Positions 1 to 6,693 of a DNA stretch of 32,000 nucleotides are shown piece by piece (position 1 is the stretch's first letter; every line of letters begins with the position of its first letter). This stretch comes from Pseudidiomarina andamanensis (GTDB lineage: Bacteria > Pseudomonadota > Gammaproteobacteria > Enterobacterales > Alteromonadaceae), in assembly GCF_009734345.1 (NCBI RefSeq), contig NZ_CP032551.1, forward strand, positions 150,001 to 182,000, written 5' to 3'. The notes beneath the pieces were generated by a model. The model worked only from the letters and a program-made list of their open reading frames with translations, searched no databases and was not told the DNA's origin. A program made the position numbers and the translations under genes.

Positions 1-176
1 GCTTCGACTAGTTTATTAGCGGCGACATTATCGGCTTCGACGGCGGCAATTTCAGTTGCAAAATTGACGTTAACCGAGCTGACCCCATCAACACCTTGAA
101 GTGCTCGCTCAATTGTCTTTGCGCACCCAGCGCAACTCATTCCAGACAGCTGTAATTGATACTGTTGTGTGGCCAT
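1..176 (-). CDS. HMA (heavy-metal-associated) domain protein, N-terminal fragment. Either a CopZ-type Cu chaperone or the N-terminus of a CopA-type Cu(I) P-type ATPase. Continues beyond the window start.
   Basis: Not in the ORF track because it is truncated. Reverse-strand ATG at 176-174 with an AAGGAG SD (complement of 183-188) overlapping the csoR stop. Translation MATQQYQLQLSGMSCAGCAKTIERALQGVDGVSSVNVNFATEIAAVEADN... carries the GMxCxxC metal-binding loop of HMA domains. Confidence 0.8.
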   Translation of the reverse strand, partial: MATQQYQLQLSGMSCAGCAKTIERALQGVDGVSSVNVNFATEIAAVEADNVAANKLVE

Positions 177-186
177 AGTTAGCTCC

Positions 187-474
187 TTAGCGTTTCAGCA
201 AACGCTCAATGGTTGTATCCAGTTCGTCCAGCACGCTCTCGTCCCCCGATTGAATTCGATGTTTGACACAGCTGTGCATATGTTGTGTGAGTAACTTACG
301 AGCGACCCCAGTTAATGCTGCTTGCACCGATGCAATTTGATTTAGAACATCATCACAGTATGTGTCATTTTCAATCATGCGTTGTAAACCGCGTACTTGC
401 CCTTCAATGCGCGCAAGGCGTTGCTTGAGGTTCTGCTTTAATTTATCTGAATGGGGTGTAACGGTGTGTTGCAT
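187..474 (-). CDS. csoR: CsoR/RcnR/FrmR-family (DUF156) metal-sensing transcriptional repressor, probably copper-responsive CsoR
   Basis: About 95 aa and all-helical, typical family size. Has the conserved C...H...C ligand pattern (YCDDVL ... QHMHSCV). The gene immediately downstream is an HMA copper protein with an overlapping SD. The track start at 477 is GTG; the ATG at 474 has better spacing (7 nt) from the AGAGGA SD. Confidence 0.85.
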   Translation of the reverse strand: MQHTVTPHSDKLKQNLKQRLARIEGQVRGLQRMIENDTYCDDVLNQIASVQAALTGVARKLLTQHMHSCVKHRIQSGDESVLDELDTTIERLLKR

Positions 475-503
475 CACGGAATCCTCTATAAAGTGATGCG
501 TAT

Positions 504-532
504 AATATAGGGGGCTACCCTATAAAGATCAA
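504..532 (-). promoter_or_regulatory. Candidate sigma70 promoter of csoR with an embedded CsoR-type operator
   Basis: Reverse strand reads TTGATC (532-527), a 17-nt spacer, then TATATT (509-504). Inside the spacer and -10 lies the 19-bp pseudo-palindrome TATAGGGggctaCCCTATA (506-524). Its AT-rich inverted ends flank G/C tracts, the architecture described for CsoR/RcnR-family operators. Confidence 0.55.
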
Positions 533-535
533 GTG

Positions 536-729
536 CGTTGCTCGTTGTTCGTTATTCGTTATTCGAAAAAGCGAAAATAAAAAGGCGTTAAGACACGAAA
601 TCTCCGACGCACTGCGTGCGCGGAGATTTTTTTGTTTAAGTTTGTTTTAACGAATAACGAATAACGAATAACGAATAACGAATAACGAATAACGAATAAC
701 GAATAACGAATAACGAATAACGAATAACG
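536..729. repeat. Heptamer inverted-repeat element, copy 1. A degenerate left arm and a perfect (CGAATAA)x11 right arm flank an internal terminator-like hairpin.
   Basis: Left arm 536-565: cgttgct cgttgtt cgttatt cgttatt cg. Right arm 651-727: 11 perfect tandem CGAATAA units, then cg (728-729). The arms are reverse complements of each other at the unit level. The element starts 10 nt after the yciK stop codon (740-742). Confidence 0.9.
600..633 (+). terminator. Rho-independent terminator-like hairpin with a T7 run on the + strand; weaker in the - orientation
   Basis: Stem atctccg-a-cgcac, loop tgc, stem gtgcg-cggagat (600-627), followed by TTTTTTT (627-633). On the - strand the same hairpin is followed only by TTTCGTGTCTT. 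It may still serve yciK, which ends at 740. Confidence 0.6.
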
Positions 730-739
730 CTTTTCGCAG

Positions 740-1498
740 TTACTGGGCGTTGAGGGATTGGTTGGTGATGCCGATACTGTCGTCTGACATCAAATACACA
801 TAAGTCGGCATCAAATCTGCTGGTGTTTTCAACTTATTTGGATCTTCAGCTGGATAAGCTTTTGAGCGCATGGTGGTGCGCGTTGCGCCTGGATTGATGA
901 CGTTGACGCGGACGTTGGTGCCGTCATACTCATCCGCCATCACTTGGGCAAGGCCTTCGGTCGCGAATTTACTGACCGCGTAGGGGCCCCAGAATGCGCG
1001 ACCTTGGCGACCTACACCTGATGAAGTGAAGATGATACTGGCGTTTGGTGCTTTCTTGAGTGCTGGCATGAGCGCTTGAGTCATCATGAACTGTGCGGTC
1101 ACATTGACTTGCATGATGTCGTTCCACGAGTCTAGGTCGATGTGCTCAAACGGTGATAAAACGCCGAGCAAGCTCGCATTTTGTAGTATGCCGTCTAACC
1201 GACCAAATTGCTCAATGATGGTGGCTGCCATGCCTTGATAGTGCGATTTTGTCGCGCCTTTCATATCGAGAGGCACAATGGCGGGCTCTGGGTGACCTGC
1301 CGCGATAATTTCATCGTAAACGGCTTCGAGCTTTTTGACGGTACGACCAAGCAGAATCACTGTTGCACCGCAGGCAGCAAATGTTTTTGCTGCTTCTCGG
1401 CCGATACCATCACCGGCGCCGGTAACTAAAATAATCTTATTTGCCAGTGAACCTTCTTGGATAACGTAGTTTTTCGGATCATTATGCATTGCAGTCAT
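740..1498 (-). CDS. yciK: Short-chain dehydrogenase/reductase, YciK family
   Basis: 252 aa. Rossmann motif LVTGAGDGIGREAA and catalytic YxxxK (YAVSK). Near-colinear with E. coli YciK as I recall it (RIILVTGASDGIGREAA..., SKFATEG..., KLKTPADIMP). Confidence 0.9.
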   Translation of the reverse strand: MTAMHNDPKNYVIQEGSLANKIILVTGAGDGIGREAAKTFAACGATVILLGRTVKKLEAVYDEIIAAGHPEPAIVPLDMKGATKSHYQGMAATIIEQFGRLDGILQNASLLGVLSPFEHIDLDSWNDIMQVNVTAQFMMTQALMPALKKAPNASIIFTSSGVGRQGRAFWGPYAVSKFATEGLAQVMADEYDGTNVRVNVINPGATRTTMRSKAYPAEDPNKLKTPADLMPTYVYLMSDDSIGITNQSLNAQ

Positions 1499-1644
1499 TT
1501 TCGGCTTACACTCTTGATTAACTGAACTGATGAATACGCTAAGTGTACTGGTTTTTGCTATTATTCTCAGTAACTGGGGATAAATTATTGAGAAATACTT
1601 TCAAGTTAAGCTCAGACAGTGTATAAAATTTTGTTAATTAAAAC

Positions 1645-1661
1645 GTCTTGTCGTACCAGTT
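1645..1661 (-). promoter_or_regulatory. Candidate FadR operator upstream of the lipase gene
   Basis: Reverse strand reads AACTGGTACGACAAGAC, 14/17 identical to the E. coli fadB operator ATCTGGTACGACCAGAT (recalled). It lies 87 bp upstream of the lipase ATG and about 16 bp downstream of a -10-like TATAAAAT (1622-1629). Confidence 0.4.
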
Positions 1662-1747
1662 TAAAAAAGCGATGATAGGCAAATTGAACAACAGCATCCT
1701 GCAGGTGCTCAATACATAACAACACGAACAAGGATTGGGGAAGCCTC

Positions 1748-4210
1748 ATGAAAAAACTCTTGCTTGTAACTGCCATCGGTAGCGCGCTCAGCTTAGTTGG
1801 CTGTGGCAGCGGCGAAGATGCGCCAGAGTCGGTAAAAACCGAATATCAAGTCGCAGCAACTCGCGCAGTATTTGACCCGTCAAATGGCCAGGTGCCAGTA
1901 CCTAGCAACATTTTGTTGGGGGGTACTGTCGACGGTACACTCAATATTCCAGTGGCAGACCCAACGGACGGTGGTAACCCGCAAGTTGCAATAAATGGTC
2001 TTGATGGGTGGGGAACTCACTCAACGCTGACGTTTAGCTTCTCATTGCCGGTAGACGAAAATGGTGATCAAGTTACCGTTGATTCAGCGTCACTTGAAGC
2101 CGCTGGTTCAATTCGTGTATTTGAAACCATCATGGGCGGTAGCGATGTCAGTGCATCATGTGCCGCAGCACCTAGCCCAGCAGTAACTTGTGCCGTTGCA
2201 GCAGAACTTGTACACGGTGAAGATTTCATTGTGCGTGCAACAGGTCCAAGCGGCGTTGCTATTATTCCGTTGAAACCATTTAAAGCAAAAACTGGCTACA
2301 TGGCAGTTTTAACGACGAACATCCAAGATTCAATGGGACGCTCTGTGAAGCCATCACAAACCTACGGTTTGATGAAGCGTCCAGTAAGCACTGATCCAGT
2401 ATCGTCAGATCCTGCTGCACAAAGCCTGCAAGGTCTTATTAACAGCCACGAAGCAGCTCTAGCAGCAGCTGGTGTCGATACTGAAACCGTTATTTATACA
2501 TCGAGCTTTACAACACAGTCGACTGCTGATGCGTTCCATATGGTGAAAACTATGATGGCTGCTCAGTTTTCTGCGACAGCTGCTGCTGGTACACCATCTC
2601 CAGCGTTGGGCGTTATGCCATTAGGCTACAATGCGGCTCAAGCATTAGTGCAAGCGGGAGCGTTACCAAACGATCCAACCAATCCAGCTTATGCGGTCTC
2701 AAGCACTGCGCAAGTCTACGGCGGTCAAGTCACTCTGCCTTACTTCTCGCCGTTACCAACCACTGAAAATCCAACGGCGCCTTTATCTGGTCGCTGGATG
2801 GCAAAGTGTGACAGCGGCGTATCTGTACTCGGCGCTATTCAGGCGGGCGCTATTGACCCGATGAATACCCCATCAATTGACCCGACATGGTTGAGCGGTG
2901 GTGCAGCAACCTTTATTCCTGCGTGGGTTCAAGCTTGTTTACAAGCGAGCACGCCAGAAGCTGTTGCTGCAATGGACTTCCCAGGTGTTGACGAAGAACG
3001 TCACGTGACTAAATACAACCCAGTACCAGCGGTGCAGGGTAATGTCACTGTCAACGCTGTGATGACCGTGCCAGATTTGGCAACGGTTAACGCGGTACGT
3101 GGCGCGCAAGGTCTTGATCCAATCACTATGCCTGCTGATGGCTGGCCGGTGGCGATTTTCCAACACGGTATTACTGCTTATAAAGAGACCGTTTTATCGC
3201 TGGCTGGTATGATGGCCTTGAATGGTGTAGCTACTGTTGCGATTGACCATCCATTGCACGGCGACCGTGGTTTCGGTGCTATCAATGCAACTTCAGGTAA
3301 AGGCCCAGCTACGGCTTACATGAACTTGGGTAGCCTGTTGACCACACGTGATAATTTACGTCAATCAGTGTCTGACTTACTTGGTTTACGTTTGAGTTTA
3401 AATGCAACGAATGCACCAATTGATTCAGGCCGTGTTTATTTTGCAGGCCACTCATTAGGTGCTATCGCTGGTACTGCTTTCAGTGCTGTGGCAAACACAC
3501 CAATGACTGGCGCACTTGAAGCAGCTACGCCGTTGTTTGCGGTAAGCGGTAGCTCGTTGATGGCGCCAGGCGGCAGCATTGCAAACTTCTTGTTGGCATC
3601 GAATAGCTTTGGCCCAGTAATTAAGAGCCAATTGTTGTATGCACAAAGTGCTGATTTCGCCGCGGCGGTTAATGCGACTGCTGAAGCGCAAGGTGTTGCA
3701 CCAACCGACCCTGAGTTCCAAGGTTTGTTGATTCAAGTGTACGACCAGTTCTGGGCAAGCTTGAGTGCGGCTGAGCAAGCAGGCATTAATGCTGTATTTG
3801 AGCAGTTTGCGTTCGCGGCACAAACTGTTGTCGATTCAGCTGACCCAATTAACTACGCCTCAACGGTAGTAGCAACTGAAACACCGATTCACTTGATTGA
3901 AGTTGTGGGTGATGGTGCTGAAAATCTACCAGACCAAGTCATTCCGAATGCGGTACAAGGCAAGCCACTGGCTGGTACTGAACCGTTGATTACTGCACTT
4001 GGTTTAGAAGCTGTTGCCGAAACATTAGTGACTGTAGACGGTACGCCGGTATCAGGTGCAGTTCGTTTCACCGCGGGCAGCCATGGTTCAATTGTTGACC
4101 CATCAGCGTCACCTGCCGCAACTCAAGAAATGCAAACGCAAACAGCGGTTTGGTTCAGCACAGATAACACGGTTATCCCTGTTCAAAACCCAGATGTTGT
4201 GCAACCATAA
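1748..4210 (+). CDS. Large lipoprotein serine lipase/lysophospholipase, VolA / Pla-1 / cef-family-like
   Basis: 820 aa. Lipoprotein signal peptide with lipobox (MKKLLLVTAIGSALSLVG|CGS). Nucleophile elbow GHSLG (FAGHSLGAIAG, nt 3446-3460) in the C-terminal half after a long Ala/Thr/Pro-rich N-terminal region. Size and layout resemble the Vibrio VolA and Aeromonas Pla-1 extracellular lipases. Confidence 0.8.
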   Translation: MKKLLLVTAIGSALSLVGCGSGEDAPESVKTEYQVAATRAVFDPSNGQVPVPSNILLGGTVDGTLNIPVADPTDGGNPQVAINGLDGWGTHSTLTFSFSLPVDENGDQVTVDSASLEAAGSIRVFETIMGGSDVSASCAAAPSPAVTCAVAAELVHGEDFIVRATGPSGVAIIPLKPFKAKTGYMAVLTTNIQDSMGRSVKPSQTYGLMKRPVSTDPVSSDPAAQSLQGLINSHEAALAAAGVDTETVIYTSSFTTQSTADAFHMVKTMMAAQFSATAAAGTPSPALGVMPLGYNAAQALVQAGALPNDPTNPAYAVSSTAQVYGGQVTLPYFSPLPTTENPTAPLSGRWMAKCDSGVSVLGAIQAGAIDPMNTPSIDPTWLSGGAATFIPAWVQACLQASTPEAVAAMDFPGVDEERHVTKYNPVPAVQGNVTVNAVMTVPDLATVNAVRGAQGLDPITMPADGWPVAIFQHGITAYKETVLSLAGMMALNGVATVAIDHPLHGDRGFGAINATSGKGPATAYMNLGSLLTTRDNLRQSVSDLLGLRLSLNATNAPIDSGRVYFAGHSLGAIAGTAFSAVANTPMTGALEAATPLFAVSGSSLMAPGGSIANFLLASNSFGPVIKSQLLYAQSADFAAAVNATAEAQGVAPTDPEFQGLLIQVYDQFWASLSAAEQAGINAVFEQFAFAAQTVVDSADPINYASTVVATETPIHLIEVVGDGAENLPDQVIPNAVQGKPLAGTEPLITALGLEAVAETLVTVDGTPVSGAVRFTAGSHGSIVDPSASPAATQEMQTQTAVWFSTDNTVIPVQNPDVVQP

Positions 4211-4233
4211 GCAACATCGATGCGAAATTAAAA

Positions 4234-4257
4234 AGGCCGCTTCGTCGGCCTTTTTTT
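4234..4257 (+). terminator. Rho-independent terminator after the lipase gene
   Basis: Stem aggccg, loop cttcgt, stem cggcct (4234-4251), then TTTTTTT (4251-4257), preceded by an A run. Confidence 0.8.
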
Positions 4258-4270
4258 ATGGAGAAAACAA

Positions 4271-5269
4271 ATGTGGGATATAGCGCAAGAGTTAATTGTC
4301 TTCGTACTAAAAGCCGCCATCATTGTGTTTGCTATTATGATGGTCGCCGGTGTAATGACACAGGTCGCGCAGCGACAAAAAGGCAAGAAAGGTGAACTCG
4401 TTGTTGATCGTTTATCGGATGACTTACGAGATGGTGTGCACCGATTGAAACTTGAGCTGCTTGACAAAAAACATCGTAAAAAAGCGCAGAAGGCATTAAA
4501 GAAACAGAAAAAAGAAGAGAAAGACGGCGAGCCGCGTAAACGCATTTTTGTTGTGGATTTCAAAGGAAGTATGGATGCACATGAAGTGGATGCTTTGCGT
4601 CGTGAGGTGAATGCGATTGTAGCGGTGGCTGAGCCGGGTGAACAGGTAATGGTTCGTCTTGAGAGCCCTGGTGGCGTGGTTCACGGTTATGGTCTCGGTG
4701 CCGCTCAGTTACAGCGCTTACGAGATGCTGAGCTTGAACTCATTGTAAGTGTCGATAAAGTGGCCGCCAGCGGCGGTTATATGATGGCGTCGGTTGCCAA
4801 CCATATCCAAGCCGCTCCATTCGCGATTATTGGCTCGATTGGCGTGCTCGCTCAGTTACCTAATTTTCACCGATGGTTGAAAAAACATGAAGTCGATTTT
4901 GAACAGGTGACTGCGGGCGAATACAAACGTACGCTAACGATGTTCGGTGAAAACACCGAAGACGGACGTCGTAAGTTCAAACAAGATCTTGAAAATATCC
5001 ATGAACAATTTAAAGAGCATATTCGTAAGTATCGTCCAGAGCTCGATTTTGACAAAGTAGCGACCGGTGAGTATTGGACGGCACAAGAGGCACTCAACTA
5101 CGGGTTAGTGGATTCATTGACGACCAGTGATGCGTGGTTGCTCGAGCGACGTGAGAGCCATGATATGTTCTTAGTGCGTTACGTGGTGAAAAAGAATATT
5201 GGCGAACGTGTTGGTCGTAATGTGTCGGCAGTGTTATATGCCGTGAAGAACTTTCTGAGTAAAAATTAA
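4271..5269 (+). CDS. sohB: Inner-membrane S49-family peptidase SohB
   Basis: 332 aa. N-terminal TM helix, then a K/E-rich linker. Near-colinear with E. coli SohB (FKGSMDAHEV, LESPGGVVHGYGL, DKVAASGGYMMA, GEYKRTLT). GGAGA SD at 4260-4264. Confidence 0.92.
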   Translation: MWDIAQELIVFVLKAAIIVFAIMMVAGVMTQVAQRQKGKKGELVVDRLSDDLRDGVHRLKLELLDKKHRKKAQKALKKQKKEEKDGEPRKRIFVVDFKGSMDAHEVDALRREVNAIVAVAEPGEQVMVRLESPGGVVHGYGLGAAQLQRLRDAELELIVSVDKVAASGGYMMASVANHIQAAPFAIIGSIGVLAQLPNFHRWLKKHEVDFEQVTAGEYKRTLTMFGENTEDGRRKFKQDLENIHEQFKEHIRKYRPELDFDKVATGEYWTAQEALNYGLVDSLTTSDAWLLERRESHDMFLVRYVVKKNIGERVGRNVSAVLYAVKNFLSKN

Positions 5270-5315
5270 TCTTAGTAACCATGTTGTACGGGTAAAGTTC
5301 GAAGTGAGGGTTACC

Positions 5316-5891
5316 ATGAGCGATGATTTTGAGCTGTTTCGCCGCGAAATGACCGATGTCACTCCCCTTGCTGGGGAAGATGTCGCTGATATCCGAACGG
5401 CATTTACCCCGACGCTTGCGCAGTTGGAGCGCCGTAAAGCTGCTGAGCAACAACTTGAAGAAGACATTAACTTCTTATCCACTGAATATGTTGAACTCGT
5501 TGAGCCACTCGATACCATCGCGTTTCAGCGCGAAGGTGTGCAACATGGGGTCTATAAACGTTTGCGGCTGGGCCAGTACCCAATTGAAGCCAGTTTAAAC
5601 TTGCATCATCATAGTTTACGAGAAGCGCGCGTTGCGCTATTCGACTTTATTCAAGATTGCCACCGTAGCGGTGTTCGCTCTGCCCTGATTATTCATGGGC
5701 AGGGCAAGCATTCCAAACCGCACCCAGCGTTGATTAAAAGCTACGTAAATAAGTGGCTACGTGAACTTGAGCCGGTGATGGCATTTCATAGTGCGCAACG
5801 TCATCACGGTGGCAGTGGTGCGGCGTATGTGATGTTGCGTAAGAACGCGACACAAAAGCAATTAAATCGAGAGCGACATCAACGCCGCTGA
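5316..5891 (+). CDS. smrA: Smr-domain endonuclease, SmrA (YdaL)-like
   Basis: Matches E. coli YdaL/SmrA blocks as recalled (FQREGVQHGV, ASLNLH, IIHGQGKHS, HHGGSGAAYVMLRK). The ATG at 5316 sits 5 nt after GTGAGGG. The track start at 5304 is that GTG and is probably part of the SD. Confidence 0.85.
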   Translation: MSDDFELFRREMTDVTPLAGEDVADIRTAFTPTLAQLERRKAAEQQLEEDINFLSTEYVELVEPLDTIAFQREGVQHGVYKRLRLGQYPIEASLNLHHHSLREARVALFDFIQDCHRSGVRSALIIHGQGKHSKPHPALIKSYVNKWLRELEPVMAFHSAQRHHGGSGAAYVMLRKNATQKQLNRERHQRR

Positions 5892-5904
5892 GGAGTCGAG
5901 ACCT

Positions 5905-6603
5905 GTGATAAAATGTTTTGGTTTAAGTGGGGTAGCACTAAGTGTCGTGATAACACTGAGTTCTGCGCCCGTGCTCGCTGAGCAAACCATGTCAGAGCGG
6001 CTGGGTGACATTCTTGAGCAACGTGTTGATAGTCATCTTGATGCCGACTTTGCCTACGAAAGTTTAGAGTTGGTAACACTTTTAGGTGAATTACGGGCTC
6101 AAGAAATTCGGCTTAGCACACGTGCACCTGAATTAGATGCCGGTCTAAACGAAGTATTGCGTGCTGACTCTGTTGTGGTTGAAGGTGAGTGGCTAGGGAA
6201 TAACACAAACACGTTAATTGTTGATTCGATCACCGCCAAAGACGCACAACTGACAGTTGCGTATTGGGGCAAAGGCCAATCGAATCTTCACGCCTTATAC
6301 AATGCTGCGAATGAACAAGGCAAACTCCAGCGTGTTTCACAACCGATTATTTGGCAAGTTAAGCGCGCCCAACTTGATAATGTGGTATTGAATTTATTCG
6401 ATCAAGGGCAGCCAATATTGAGTGTGCGTTTAGCCTCGCTTGAGCTTCCTGAAGCAAGTGCTGACGACACGGCCGATACTTATATCGCACGATTGTTATG
6501 GCCGGTATTGGAGCAGGTATTGGAGCAAGCGATGGCGGGGAATTCGGACGCGGTGGTTGATTACGGTCGCCTGACACAGTTCATCTGGCGCGAAATCCGT
6601 TAA
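5905..6603 (+). CDS. Hypothetical exported protein (232 aa), no family recognised
   Basis: GTG start 9 nt after an AGGAG at 5891-5895 that overlaps the smrA stop codon (5889-5891). Sec-type signal peptide MIKCFGLSGVALSVVITLSSAPVLA|EQ. No competing ORF, and codon usage looks like that of its neighbours. Confidence 0.6.
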   Translation: MIKCFGLSGVALSVVITLSSAPVLAEQTMSERLGDILEQRVDSHLDADFAYESLELVTLLGELRAQEIRLSTRAPELDAGLNEVLRADSVVVEGEWLGNNTNTLIVDSITAKDAQLTVAYWGKGQSNLHALYNAANEQGKLQRVSQPIIWQVKRAQLDNVVLNLFDQGQPILSVRLASLELPEASADDTADTYIARLLWPVLEQVLEQAMAGNSDAVVDYGRLTQFIWREIR

Positions 6604-6693
6604 AAACCGTTATTCGTTATTCGTTCGCTTGTCGTTATTCGTTAATGATTAACACCAATAACGAATAACGACTAACGAATAACGCTGTTGGTT
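6604..6693. repeat. Heptamer inverted-repeat element, copy 2, filling the whole convergent intergenic gap
   Basis: Left arm 6608-6645: cgttatt cgttatt cgttcgc ttgt cgttatt cgttaa. Loop 6646-6656: tgattaacacc. Right arm 6657-6684: aataacg aataacg actaacg aataacg. Bounded by stop codons at 6601-6603 (+) and 6694-6696 (-). Confidence 0.85.

Noticed and set aside
534-581. 15-codon mini-ORF (GTG...TAA, MRCSLFVIRYSKKRK) running through the left heptamer arm
   Set aside because: It has no SD, its sequence is dictated by the repeat, and nothing suggests translation. It is mentioned only as a by-product of the repeat.
651-727. Tandem repeat array considered as a CRISPR array or as coding repeats
   Set aside because: The units are 7 bp with no spacers, so this is not CRISPR. 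No ORF spans the array. It is treated as a microsatellite-like arm of the heptamer element.
1208-1429. Short antisense or out-of-frame ORFs in the six-frame track. Examples: 1208-1429, 2939-3166, 3455-3823, 3889-4071, 4056-4283, 4228-4563, 4496-4684, 4867-5097, 5094-5453, 5234-5518, 5356-5598, 5879-6079, 6359-6577, 6722-7606 set, 9000-9623 set, 11157-11450, 11677-11883, 12199-12603 set, 13284-13547, 14010-14277, 15167-15879 set, 16647-16847, 17708-18906 set, 20136-21511 set, 22448-22636, 24472-24768, 25753-26393, 28083-28643, 31154-31348.
   Set aside because: Each lies wholly or mostly inside a longer ORF on another frame or strand that has clear family motifs. Their translations are low-complexity or Cys/Arg/Ser-rich, as is typical of shadow frames. 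None has a convincing SD.
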